Below are positions 1 to 9,570 of a stretch of 64,000 nt of DNA, in pieces (positions within the stretch are counted from its first letter, which is position 1; each line of letters opens with the position of its first letter). The DNA comes from a virus: IMG/VR virus record IMGVR_UViG_3300040801_005898; one strand, written 5' to 3'. Made by a program: the position numbers and the translations under genes. The notes under the pieces were generated by a model, which ran no database searches, was not told the origin of the DNA, and saw only the letters and a program-made list of their open reading frames with translations.

Positions 1-2
1 CA

Positions 3-722
3 ACACAGAATAGAGTGTTGCTGCTAGGGCCTTGTGCGGCGAGGAATTTATCCTCGTTGCAGCAACTTTTAGAGATTTGTCATGCTTTATGGCAAGATGT
101 TTTTGAGTGCAATACTAATCGCTTTTTGGCAGAATATCCTAACTATTTGCAACAGATAGCAGATTTGATTCCCCGGTACGATAAACCTATCCCCGGAACT
201 GGATTTAATCTTCAAGAGCTATCTGAAGACCAAGTAGTTAGGTTTTTCTTTATTGATTCTCCTGATATTCCAGACACAGAATCGATCGCTCAATTACTAC
301 AATCAAATTTGTCGCAAGATATCCGCTTGGTTGCTCCTCAAATTGTGGAGTTGCACCAGGCAGAATATGAATCCACAGAAGCAGAAATAAAAATGCCGTC
401 ATGGGGCGATGACATTAGTGACTGGACTCCACCGGTGGAATCTTGTGGAGATAGTCGAATTGATACGATCGCTGCTCTTGTTTCTGCTTTTAAGATTCAC
501 GGGGGGTTAAAGATTTGGGAGTCTTTCGATCGAGAATCTATTTCCCTTCTGATCCAACAATATAACGAGCATCAGACATTGCCAGAAGATAGGCGTAACA
601 AGTATGTTGCAAAAATGCAAGAAGAGTACAAACGAGAAAATGCTGATATTTATAAGAAGGCAATGGGATTAGATGCTGAAAGTATGAGCAAATGGTTTAA
701 AAAAAATGTTTCGACAAACTGA
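3..722 (+). CDS. hypothetical protein, 5'-truncated by the window edge
   Basis: Frame is open from position 3 through the ORF-track start (15) to TAA at 722; no recognisable motif. Confidence 0.7.
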   Translation, partial: TQNRVLLLGPCAARNLSSLQQLLEICHALWQDVFECNTNRFLAEYPNYLQQIADLIPRYDKPIPGTGFNLQELSEDQVVRFFFIDSPDIPDTESIAQLLQSNLSQDIRLVAPQIVELHQAEYESTEAEIKMPSWGDDISDWTPPVESCGDSRIDTIAALVSAFKIHGGLKIWESFDRESISLLIQQYNEHQTLPEDRRNKYVAKMQEEYKRENADIYKKAMGLDAESMSKWFKKNVSTN

Positions 723-1065
723 TAATGTAGCGATCGCTCCTGCGGTAACATCTGAATACAACAAAATAGGCACTTCCAAACCATTCAATAATCCGGTTAA
801 TGGTTTTGTGTTTATTGCCAGAAATGACCAGGATAAATATGGTCTGGTTGCCGCTACTGCTGAATTGCCGATTAGAGAAAAAATCAAATCTGCTGTAGTA
901 GGAGATGAGGGGGATGGAGTTTATAGCTTCCAGACCACTTCCGCATTTGATGGGACTGAATCTTTGAGGATAGCTGGTAGAATTTTTACGTTTGCTGTTA
1001 ATATTAATGAATTGCAGTCTGGGGAATTTTACTGCGATCGCGATACTGTTTATTTTAAGGTTTAA
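706..1065 (+). CDS. hypothetical protein (119 aa, beta-rich), possibly virion-associated
   Basis: ATG start; overlaps the upstream gene and stops 2 nt before the next ATG, as in an operon. Confidence 0.7.
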   Translation: MFRQTDNVAIAPAVTSEYNKIGTSKPFNNPVNGFVFIARNDQDKYGLVAATAELPIREKIKSAVVGDEGDGVYSFQTTSAFDGTESLRIAGRIFTFAVNINELQSGEFYCDRDTVYFKV

Positions 1066-1067
1066 TT

Positions 1068-4000
1068 ATGTTAGTTCTAAGAGAAGACGCGCAAAAGATA
1101 ATAACTGAATCTCAAATCAAAAGGATGACAGAGTTACTGCTTTCCTCTAAGGATTTTTACGATGAAGATGTCAAAATTTTGGAATTTGCGATTAATGATA
1201 ATGGTTCTATGTCAGGAAACTTTAAAGACTTGGACAATAACCGGGTTTTTGAGTTTGCTATAAATGGTCAAGATATTAGCTATAAACCTAGAATTAAAGG
1301 GCGTAGAGATTCTAGTAATTGGGACGACAATCGACTTTTGCTTCAATGGGAGGTTGAGTCTAAAATTTATCTTAAGCGGTTTCCAGAATCGCGGTTTGAT
1401 GCTCGTAAAAAGCGGGGCAAGGTAAAGAAGAAGCCAAAGTGTTCTGGTATTAGTTATAACTGCGGCAAACGGTGTTTGGGAGTTGATTTGAACTGCCGGG
1501 TTAGCCAACGGAATAATAAAAGCAAACAGCGTTTAGAAAACCTTCAAGAGCTAGCTAAAAAGCATAAAGCTGGTGAGGTAGGGCCGTTTTATGCTAACAG
1601 CGGGAAAAAGGCTAAAGAAGTTGAGGAGATGAGGAAGTCTGCTTATGAAGAGTCTATTAAGCGCAGGGAAACGGCAAGGGCTAAACGGAGGAGCAAGAAA
1701 GAGTCTGAAAATATTCAGCGTGGTAAAGAATCGGTAAAGAAGCGGAAGGCAGAAAAGGATAAAGGTAGCGATCGCGATCTATCTGAAAATGCTAAACGGG
1801 GCAAGAAATTAGTCGAAAAGAAAAAGGTTGAAAAATCGGCTAATGCTGAACCGTCTTCGCAAAGTCAACTTGTAAAAAATACTTCTTCAAAATCGTCATT
1901 ATCAACATCTAAAATTAAATCTAAAAGAGTCAAAAATGGTTTCCCTATGGTGACAACCAATATGATTGAAAATGACGCTAGAGGAAGATTTTTTAGAAGG
2001 TGGGAAAGAGAACAGCCTAAAATCCCTGGCAAAAAAGGTGATTTTACTGTTTTGAATGAAGACGGTAAAAGAAAAGAAATTTCTGGCGATAAATATGCCG
2101 ATTTGCTTGGCGTTGCTAAAAATGAACAGTCAGACGAAAATCCAGAATTACCTTATCATGTATATTCTCTTAAAACTGGTGAAAAGGTAATGAGAAAATT
2201 CGGTGACGAAAAAGATGCTGGATATGCTGCATCTTTGTTAATCAACTCTGGGATTGATCTTAAAAAAGAGCAATTTACGAATCGAGAAGAGGATGCTATA
2301 GTTGGCATTGCAAACGCTGTTAAAAATAAACAATATGATTTGTCGCTTGATGATGTTCGGCATGGAAGATTTCAGCAAGAAACTACCAAGGAAAGCAAAG
2401 AAGTCCAAAAGCAAAAGATAGAATCTAAACTGGCTGATACTAAAAAAAGGCTAGTATCTATTCGTGAAAAAGAACAAGATGGTATCCCCCGTGGAGTTTG
2501 GGATGTAGAAGACAAGCATATTTTGGAATACGATTTACGATATTACGAAGAACAATCAGCTAAACTTAACAGCCAAATTGTTGAACAAAGCGATCGCCCC
2601 ACAGAGAAACTATCCCCCACTGCGCAAAAAGGTAAAGAAGCGGTTAAAGAATGGAAAAAATCTAATAAAAAAGAACTAACTAATAAAAAGATATATCAAG
2701 AGCCTCCCAAGAAAACAATAGATGACCTTGAGAACAAACAGAAAGAAGGCGCAAGATACACTTCTAAAAATCCGTTTACACAAAAAGACAGCACGGAACT
2801 TCAACGCAGCAAAGATGGTTTTTCTTTTAATCCAAAAAATTCAGAATCTAAGTTGTGGAATACGTTAGAGAAGTTGGGAAATGATGAATGGCGAAAAGAT
2901 TTTGATAACGCCCCTAACGTGCCGCTAAAAAATGGATATGTTAAAAATAAAGGGTCTAATACAGGTGGGGGACCTGGTAAGTTGGGCAGAAAATTAAATA
3001 TTGCAAATACCAATCCAGAACGTTGGAAAGGAGGTGGAGGATATAGAATTGTAGATGCAAATACTCACTATGACCTTGATTTTAAAAGCAAGAAGTTATC
3101 TGATTTAAAACCAATATTAAACTATCTTGAGTCTTTGGATATTGACTTTGATAATCCAGAAAGATTAGCTTTTGGAAACCGCAATTTAGAAGGGGAAATT
3201 TTAAGAAAATTAGCAGCCAATTTAGAAGCAGATGATTTAGAGAGAAAAAAACAAAGCGATCGCTCCATAGAAACATTGTCTCCCACTGCGCAAAAAGGTA
3301 AAAAAGCGGTTGAAGAATGGAAAAAATCTAAAAAAAAAGAGATAACTAAAGGTGGAGAATATCAAGAACCAGCGACATCTGTAACAATTAAAAATCAAAG
3401 CGATTCTAAATATATTGCAGACATCAAAGTATTAAACCCTAAAAATGAGAAAATATTTAAACCTGCCGCATTTGAAGACCCAAACGACCCCAGATATACT
3501 CCCAAGCTAACCAGCAAGGAAATTAAAGACTTAAAAATCAAACTCTCAGAGGAAAAACAAGGGCTGACAGGAGGAGAACTTGCCAGGGTTAAATCTCATC
3601 GTACTTTGGGGGCAAATGGTGATTATATCAAGGCAAAAGGTGTCTCAAATCCTAAATTGCTGTTTAGTTCGGTAGATGAAAAGGAAAAAGCGATCGCGGA
3701 CTACCAGAATAATCTCGACAAAACCATCAGAGAGAAGACAGGTAAGCCATTCGATGAGAACTCCGACAACCACAATTATTGGCGGTATATAGCGCAGATA
3801 ACCCGTGATGAGCAGATAAAGACTTTTGAGGATGATTCTAATGATGTTGCGATAGAAGCCAGTCCCATCACGGTTAAGGCAGCAAAAAAACTGGTTGGCA
3901 GAAAAGATAACATGGTAGAAAGGGGTGGAAATGAACAGTTAAGCGTAAGTGGATGGAATGAATTTAATAAGATTGTGGCTAAAGACAACAATCTACCCAC

Positions 4001-5846
4001 ACCTTTGAAGCAAGAGTTGATAAATAATGCCAAGGAAGGAAAGGTTACTAATGCCCAAGGAAAGGCTGAGTACATTGCAGATATCAAATCTCTTGATAAG
4101 GATGAACAGAAACAGTTTGAACCCCACCCTTATTTTGACAATCCAGACGACCCCAGATATACTCCCAAGCTAACCCGCAAGGAAATTGACAACCTAAATA
4201 TCTCAGTCTTAGATGCAAAAGAAGGCATAGATAGTACCGAGTTTGCTCATGTAAAAGTCGATCGCACGCTAGGAGGAAATGGCGATTATAGTTATGCGTC
4301 CAGCAGAAATGCTGTCCAAAATCCTAAGTTACTATTCAGTTCGGTAGATGAGAAGGAAAAAGCGATCGCGGATTACCAGAATAATCTCGACAAAACCATC
4401 AGAGAGAAGACAGGTAAGCCGTTTGATGAGAGCTCCAATAACCGAGATTATTGGCGGTACATGGCGCAGATAGCACGGGACGAACAGATAAAGACTTTTG
4501 AGAATGAGTCTGTCAGTGTTGCCAAAGAAGCTAATCCTTACATGATTAAAGCAGCAGAAAAGCTGGTTGGCAATGAATACAACATGAGAGAATTTAAAGG
4601 CAAAAAAGAGCTAACCGAACGTGGATGGAAAGAGTTTTACGAGATTGTTCAAAAAGACCAGAATTTACCCAAACCCTTGAAGCAAGAGTTGATAAATAAC
4701 GCTACAGGAGGAAAGAGAGGTGGTGTCCAATCAGGAGAGGTAGAAAACCGTTTAACAAACAAAACTAAAACTTCTGAGAAATTAGAAAAGTTGGCATTAA
4801 ACCGAATTGAAAAAACAGAAAGTCAGTTAGAGGAAATAGCCGATCGCAAGCAAAACACTTCTCGCCGCGCTAACAAGGCTGACTATGCTAGAGAAAAGGT
4901 TACTAGGACTAAAACTAATGCTGAAACCTTGGTTAAGCTTGCTAGAGCAAACAAGGAAAATCGACTTTCCTCCGGGTTAAAAAATGTTTCCCAACTCAAA
5001 CAGTTAGAGGTAGTTGAGGAATTAGACCAGACTTTTGACAGTAATTTTACTTCAATTCATAATAGGTTAGAAGATGCTTTTGATGATACTGAGAAAAAGC
5101 AGGTTTTGAGTCAAATAGAAGTTAAAGATGTAAACGATTTGATTGGTGTTCTTAAGGAATATCGGCAGTACAAAAAAGATGCTCCAACTATGAGCAAAGT
5201 TGAAAGTATGGAGAGGGAACTAATAGGCAATAAGAATGCTGGTATTGACTATTTCCCCACTCCCCCCAAAGTGGCAAATAGAGTAGTAGAAAAAGCTGAT
5301 ATTAAACCGGGAATGACAGTATTAGAACCTAGCGCGGGAAACGGGGCGATCGCTGATGCAGTCCGACAATCTACTCCCTCTGCCAGGATTGCTACCAATG
5401 AGATTAGCGGTCAGCTTGTGGACATCTTGGAAGCAAAAGGATATAGCAACACTCAAAAAGACTTTTTGTCAATGCCTACAGGCCAAAAGTACGATCGCAT
5501 TGTAATGAATCCACCGTTTGGAAAAGGTACTGCCGGCACAGACCAAGCACATATCCGCCACGCTTATGAGATGCTTTCTCCTAATGGCCGTTTGGTTGCT
5601 GTTGCTTCTGAGGGGAGTTTTTCTCGGAGCGATCGCAATGCCCGAGACTTTCAGCAGTGGGTTGAGAGCATAGGTGGTGAGGTTGAAAAAGTGGAACCGG
5701 GAGCGTTTAAGTCTTCCATCAATCCCACTGGCACGGCAACCCGGATCGTGACTATTAATAAGGGCGATCGCCGCGACTCAGAAAATATCCGCCACGGTAA
5801 AATATTGGTTAAGGCATATCAAATGCAGAAAATGTTGAGAAGTTGA
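1068..5846 (+). CDS. large polyvalent protein (1592 aa) with C-terminal N6-adenine-type DNA methyltransferase domain
   Basis: C-terminal motifs YFPTP, VLEPSAGNGAI and VMNPPF; N-terminal leader plus Cys cluster (C-x6-CG-x2-C-x6-C); internal repeats. Confidence 0.85.
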   Translation: MLVLREDAQKIITESQIKRMTELLLSSKDFYDEDVKILEFAINDNGSMSGNFKDLDNNRVFEFAINGQDISYKPRIKGRRDSSNWDDNRLLLQWEVESKIYLKRFPESRFDARKKRGKVKKKPKCSGISYNCGKRCLGVDLNCRVSQRNNKSKQRLENLQELAKKHKAGEVGPFYANSGKKAKEVEEMRKSAYEESIKRRETARAKRRSKKESENIQRGKESVKKRKAEKDKGSDRDLSENAKRGKKLVEKKKVEKSANAEPSSQSQLVKNTSSKSSLSTSKIKSKRVKNGFPMVTTNMIENDARGRFFRRWEREQPKIPGKKGDFTVLNEDGKRKEISGDKYADLLGVAKNEQSDENPELPYHVYSLKTGEKVMRKFGDEKDAGYAASLLINSGIDLKKEQFTNREEDAIVGIANAVKNKQYDLSLDDVRHGRFQQETTKESKEVQKQKIESKLADTKKRLVSIREKEQDGIPRGVWDVEDKHILEYDLRYYEEQSAKLNSQIVEQSDRPTEKLSPTAQKGKEAVKEWKKSNKKELTNKKIYQEPPKKTIDDLENKQKEGARYTSKNPFTQKDSTELQRSKDGFSFNPKNSESKLWNTLEKLGNDEWRKDFDNAPNVPLKNGYVKNKGSNTGGGPGKLGRKLNIANTNPERWKGGGGYRIVDANTHYDLDFKSKKLSDLKPILNYLESLDIDFDNPERLAFGNRNLEGEILRKLAANLEADDLERKKQSDRSIETLSPTAQKGKKAVEEWKKSKKKEITKGGEYQEPATSVTIKNQSDSKYIADIKVLNPKNEKIFKPAAFEDPNDPRYTPKLTSKEIKDLKIKLSEEKQGLTGGELARVKSHRTLGANGDYIKAKGVSNPKLLFSSVDEKEKAIADYQNNLDKTIREKTGKPFDENSDNHNYWRYIAQITRDEQIKTFEDDSNDVAIEASPITVKAAKKLVGRKDNMVERGGNEQLSVSGWNEFNKIVAKDNNLPTPLKQELINNAKEGKVTNAQGKAEYIADIKSLDKDEQKQFEPHPYFDNPDDPRYTPKLTRKEIDNLNISVLDAKEGIDSTEFAHVKVDRTLGGNGDYSYASSRNAVQNPKLLFSSVDEKEKAIADYQNNLDKTIREKTGKPFDESSNNRDYWRYMAQIARDEQIKTFENESVSVAKEANPYMIKAAEKLVGNEYNMREFKGKKELTERGWKEFYEIVQKDQNLPKPLKQELINNATGGKRGGVQSGEVENRLTNKTKTSEKLEKLALNRIEKTESQLEEIADRKQNTSRRANKADYAREKVTRTKTNAETLVKLARANKENRLSSGLKNVSQLKQLEVVEELDQTFDSNFTSIHNRLEDAFDDTEKKQVLSQIEVKDVNDLIGVLKEYRQYKKDAPTMSKVESMERELIGNKNAGIDYFPTPPKVANRVVEKADIKPGMTVLEPSAGNGAIADAVRQSTPSARIATNEISGQLVDILEAKGYSNTQKDFLSMPTGQKYDRIVMNPPFGKGTAGTDQAHIRHAYEMLSPNGRLVAVASEGSFSRSDRNARDFQQWVESIGGEVEKVEPGAFKSSINPTGTATRIVTINKGDRRDSENIRHGKILVKAYQMQKMLRS
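1767..3340 (+). repeat. three dispersed linker repeats within the 1592-aa ORF, each starting at a HIP1 site
   Basis: SDRDLSENAKRGKKLVEKKK (~1767), SDRPTEKLSPTAQKGKEAVKEWKKS (~2589), SDRSIETLSPTAQKGKKAVEEWKKS (~3255). Confidence 0.8.
3411..4700 (+). repeat. tandem ~210-aa domain duplication
   Basis: YIADIK...DPRYTPKLT...NPKLLFSSVDEKEKAIADYQNNLDKTIREKTGKPFDE...PLKQELINNA occurs at ~3411-4030 and ~4071-4700. Confidence 0.95.
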
Positions 5847-6050
5847 TAACCAAGATGTGACTTATCGACAATTTTAAAAACCCCATTTGCCAATATCAAA
5901 CCCATATTCTTTCTGATGGTAAATGGTTCGATTTTTGCTGCCGCATTAGGGTGGTGGGGTGTTTTTGTGTATCCCGTGGATGCTTCTAAAGCGATCGCGT
6001 GTCTGCGGGGAACCCACATCCACTGGCTGCTAATATTTGATTGCGCTTTT

Positions 6051-6443
6051 TTAGTCTAATGTAGAACCTTGAAACTTTATTTCATCTAGTAGCGAAGACA
6101 ATTTTCTATATACTTTTTTCCCACTGCCTGATGTAGGGATTTGCAGTTGCAGTTGCGGATATTGGTTTAAGGCATCGACAACTTTTTTCAATACCTCGAT
6201 TTGGTATTGGAGGTCGTTGACACTAACTTTAAATTTGGCTTTTGTTTTGTACCGACGAATTTCGGTAATTGTTGATTTTGTCAAAGGGTTCGTCCAAGTT
6301 ATCCACTGAGAGATTTTTACCGTGGAAGTCTTTATGTCCCCGTCAAAAATTCGGCGATCGGTTATGAATAAATCATAAGTCCCCCTTGGTTTTGGATTTT
6401 TGTTTACTTCCTCAAAATCTGGCAGCATTTTTGCAATTTCCAT
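6051..6443 (-). CDS. hypothetical protein (130 aa)
   Basis: ATG-started ORF with plausible composition. Confidence 0.65.
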   Translation of the reverse strand: MEIAKMLPDFEEVNKNPKPRGTYDLFITDRRIFDGDIKTSTVKISQWITWTNPLTKSTITEIRRYKTKAKFKVSVNDLQYQIEVLKKVVDALNQYPQLQLQIPTSGSGKKVYRKLSSLLDEIKFQGSTLD

Positions 6444-6481
6444 TTTTTTGTTAGTGCTAGTTGTTGTTTTGATGGCACCCT

Positions 6482-6578
6482 ACTGTTGACAGGGTTGGCG
6501 GTGCAAGCTTTACTGTTGACATCTTAATGGTGCGCACCGCGCACCCTACTAACTGTTGGCATCTACTAACTGTTGACA
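6482..6578. repeat. four copies of ACTGTTG(A/G)CA (pseudo-palindrome TGT-NN-ACA); candidate operator or iterons
   Basis: Copies at 6482, 6512, 6552 and 6569 in an intergenic region. Confidence 0.7.
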
Positions 6579-6604
6579 CCATTGGGGGCTATTTTACGGC
6601 AGAC

Positions 6605-6730
6605 TTAACTGCCTTTTTCGCGTTTCACCATCTCAAGTAATGCCTGCCGGGCATTGTCTGTCCAATTGGGGATGGCCCGAATTTCTTCGAGCAACTCGGC
6701 AGAAATTCTTAACAAAAATTGGCCCGTCAT
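6605..6730 (-). CDS. small ribbon-helix-helix-like regulator (41 aa or longer, not in ORF track)
   Basis: Manual translation MTGQFLLRISAELLEEIRAIPNWTDNARQALLEMVKREKGS*; alternating hydrophobic beta-strand then two helices. Confidence 0.55.
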   Translation of the reverse strand: MTGQFLLRISAELLEEIRAIPNWTDNARQALLEMVKREKGS

Positions 6731-6795
6731 TCGTTTTTCGCTTTTTTGGGGCTGCCTATAATGATACCCGCAAATATGCTTGAGGTAAGTCGATT

Positions 6796-7722
6796 TTAAT
6801 CTGTTTCAGAGATTGTCTGTTGATTTCCTGGGGGAGGTTGTGGAGCGATCGCTTTCCTCCTCAAAACATCTGGCAACTCAGTTTTAGGAGGCTTAACCTC
6901 TTCCACCACCTTAAACCCACCACCGCGAGTTAGTTTGCACGCCAAATCCACAAAATACAGGGATGGTTTGTCCTCTCCTTTCTTCCACGGGGGAACTGAA
7001 GGTTTATCCCAATTAACTCTATGAGTTTTGGGTTTTAGAGATTTAATTAGCTTGTTTTCGTCATCTATCTTGCGCAGTTTTTTGCGAGATTTAGGGTTTC
7101 GAGGAATAGTAACTTTTCCCGGCCTGGCAGAATTGTAGAGACCTCGCATTTTAAATTTGTTGGTTTTTGCATTATCTGGAGTAATTTCTGCAAATCCCCA
7201 AAGCGATAAAATCTGACATCTTCCCCCAAAAGAAATCGGGTGAACTTTTAATAAAAGTTTGGTTGGAAAAGTCTGTTCTAAAAACGATTCCCAAACTTTA
7301 CCGTGGTGGGTTTGAGGAAAGACTGGATAATTATCGCCATTAACAGAAGCGGTAATATCATCTCCTTCTCTTGAGACCTTGCAGACAATCTCTCCCACCG
7401 CCTGATAATAATCCTTTTTAGACTTATTAGGCTTTGCTGGTTTCTTAGGCTTTTTGGGCTGAGGCTGAGATTGCTTTGCCTTTTTACGCTTTTTCTTCTT
7501 GCGCTTTTTACCAGGGTTTAGTTGAGGACGATTAAACCCTTTAGGTTTTTTTTCCGTTAATTCCGTGGCGGACCCGAGTATCTCATTCTGTTTCACCAGC
7601 ATTGCATTGCGAACATCCTCTAATGGTTTGCGGATAGAAGGTTTTGCATTCTTCATCCCTTCCAAAATATCGTTTAGTTGCTCAATCCTTTTTTGTATTT
7701 TTTGTATGCTTAATTCGGGCAT
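6796..7722 (-). CDS. hypothetical basic protein (308 aa)
   Basis: Long ORF; N-terminal coiled coil and Lys-rich linker. Confidence 0.75.
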   Translation of the reverse strand: MPELSIQKIQKRIEQLNDILEGMKNAKPSIRKPLEDVRNAMLVKQNEILGSATELTEKKPKGFNRPQLNPGKKRKKKKRKKAKQSQPQPKKPKKPAKPNKSKKDYYQAVGEIVCKVSREGDDITASVNGDNYPVFPQTHHGKVWESFLEQTFPTKLLLKVHPISFGGRCQILSLWGFAEITPDNAKTNKFKMRGLYNSARPGKVTIPRNPKSRKKLRKIDDENKLIKSLKPKTHRVNWDKPSVPPWKKGEDKPSLYFVDLACKLTRGGGFKVVEEVKPPKTELPDVLRRKAIAPQPPPGNQQTISETD

Positions 7723-7765
7723 TTTCTGTTAATATTTGTTTAGTAAAAGCAACACAGATTTTGTC

Positions 7766-8788
7766 ATGTATGTAGTAATTTATCATAAGATGTCACGTCG
7801 CGCTAATTGTCCCGATGGTTTTGCAGCAGCGTGGGTTGTTTGGCGGCGACTACAGAAAGATGCACGGCGCTGCCTGAGAAATGCCGAGAATTACGACAAA
7901 CAAGCGATCGCCGAACCAGAAAACGCCCATGTTTGCCGCCAAAGTGCTAAAGCATTAAGAGAAATGGCAGCAAAACTGGCAAATCCTCAATTATGGGGTT
8001 GCACTTACGAGGATAAACCACCCGAGATAGCACCTGGCAGCGAGGTCATTATTGTTGATTTCAGCTTCCCTTTGACCACCTTACAGCAATGGGCAAAGTT
8101 GCCTCGAACTACTGTCAAAGTCATCGACCACCACGTTACCTCTATGAATGATTTGGCAAGCTTTAGCAACGCAATTTTCGATGTCAAGGAATGCGGGGCA
8201 ACATTAGCATGGAAACACTTTTTCCCAAATGAACCGATGCCGGCATTTTTAGAGTTTGTACGCGATCGCGACCTGTGGAGGAAAAATGCCGATTCTCCCT
8301 GGTGGGGATTTTCTCTCCCAGAGACAGCATATTTTCACGAAGCAATGGGAAAAATGGGCCGCGATTTTGATTTGTTTGACAAATTAGCAGAGATGGACTT
8401 GGGCCAATTAAGAGAGTTTTTATTACCCAAAGGGAAAGATTTGGTCGATAAGAAAATTGCTATGGCCGAACAAATCACCAAGACTCGGGCCAAACTCAAA
8501 AAATTCTACGATTATGAGCCGGTGGCCGTAGTCCGGTTAGAAAATCCCGCAGAAGAAAGAATCCACTCAGATGTGGGGGCGTGTATGCTCCACCATTTTC
8601 CAGAGGCTAAGTTTGCCGCCATTTTTTCCAGCCAAGGTAAATGCTCTTTGAGAAGTTTGGCAGTGGGCAATAATTTTGATGTGGAGGCGATCGCTAAACG
8701 TTATGGAGGTGGGGGGCATCGCAACGCTGCCGGGTTTGTGCCGCAAGTTAGCGGATTTTCTTTAAATTTAGCGACACTCAAGAGGTAA
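7766..8788 (+). CDS. DHH/DHHA1-family phosphoesterase
   Basis: Motifs YH..NCPDGFAAAW, IVDFS, VIDHH, DRDLW and GGGHRNAAG; likely start MYVVIYH at 7766. Confidence 0.9.
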   Translation: MYVVIYHKMSRRANCPDGFAAAWVVWRRLQKDARRCLRNAENYDKQAIAEPENAHVCRQSAKALREMAAKLANPQLWGCTYEDKPPEIAPGSEVIIVDFSFPLTTLQQWAKLPRTTVKVIDHHVTSMNDLASFSNAIFDVKECGATLAWKHFFPNEPMPAFLEFVRDRDLWRKNADSPWWGFSLPETAYFHEAMGKMGRDFDLFDKLAEMDLGQLREFLLPKGKDLVDKKIAMAEQITKTRAKLKKFYDYEPVAVVRLENPAEERIHSDVGACMLHHFPEAKFAAIFSSQGKCSLRSLAVGNNFDVEAIAKRYGGGGHRNAAGFVPQVSGFSLNLATLKR

Positions 8789-8790
8789 GT

Positions 8791-8922
8791 TTGGCCAATA
8801 TAAGTTTTTCTCATTAATTAAACTGCATTGTCTCCAGAATACTAATCGATTAGGGGTTGACACTCATGGGTATATGAGTCTAATGTGGGATTGTCAGAGA
8901 AAAGCAGAGGACAAAACAATGA
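8791..8922 (+). repeat. 132-bp direct repeat, copy 1 (promoter + operator + RBS + ATG cassette)
   Basis: Near-identical to 9558-9689; contains TTGACA, palindrome ACTCAT-N6-ATGAGT, GAGG and ATG. Confidence 0.95.
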
Positions 8923-9155
8923 TTGTAGCATCAGGAAAATATTATCAAGTCCGGTTAGTGACTGTGCCGGGCAGTCGCCATGAAATAGACTTGTGTCATA
9001 CAGCAGGAGATAAAACTTATCATTTTAGCGAACAACAAAAAGGTTTCAAAACTTTAGTTGACGTTGACAATGAAACTGTTGACAAAATAAGCGAAAAAGT
9101 GCTTGCTAACTATCATTATTACAGGAAAAACAGAGGAAAAAAGAATAACAATTAA
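8919..9155 (+). CDS. hypothetical protein (78 aa, start MIVASGK)
   Basis: ATG and GAGG RBS supplied by repeat copy 1; followed by a terminator. Confidence 0.7.
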   Translation: MIVASGKYYQVRLVTVPGSRHEIDLCHTAGDKTYHFSEQQKGFKTLVDVDNETVDKISEKVLANYHYYRKNRGKKNNN

Positions 9156-9180
9156 TTTTACCTTTGAAACAAATCCAATT

Positions 9181-9218
9181 AAACCGGAGGATTGCTAGAA
9201 CCTCCGGTTTTTTATTTT
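9181..9218 (+). terminator. intrinsic terminator
   Basis: AAACCGGAGG/CCTCCGGTTT 10-bp stem followed by a T-rich tract. Confidence 0.85.
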
Positions 9219-9291
9219 TAGCGGTTGTTTTCCCAACAAATGACACTCAGCAGTAAGTAAAATATGATAGAAAATTGCAATTTTAAAAACT

Positions 9292-9570
9292 ATGTCTAAA
9301 CGACTTGCCAAAACACCAGAGGCAAAAGCAAAGCAAGTAAAACACTTGCGCCCTAAGCCCAAAAAGAAAAATCCCACATCAACTAAGAGGAATTTATCTC
9401 TTACCAAAGGGCAACTAGCTAAGTTGGAGGCGATCGCTTCCAACCCGCAAGCAAAAGAAAAGGTGCTTCAGTTGTTGCCGCCTGCTTATCGGACAGACTT
9501 AGAAACTGGAGAACCATTAGAAACGTGGCAGGCCATAATTAGAAATTATATCGAAACTTGGCCAATATAA
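9292..9570 (+). CDS. putative RHH/CopG-like regulator
   Basis: Basic N-terminus, RNLSLTKGQLAKLEAIA...WQAIIRNYIE pattern; promoter ATGACA-N17-TATGAT at 9240-9268. Confidence 0.55.
   Translation: MSKRLAKTPEAKAKQVKHLRPKPKKKNPTSTKRNLSLTKGQLAKLEAIASNPQAKEKVLQLLPPAYRTDLETGEPLETWQAIIRNYIETWPI

Noticed and set aside
6482-6578. Possible mini-CRISPR array
   Set aside because: Repeats are only 10 bp with irregular 7-30 bp gaps, and no cas genes are present.
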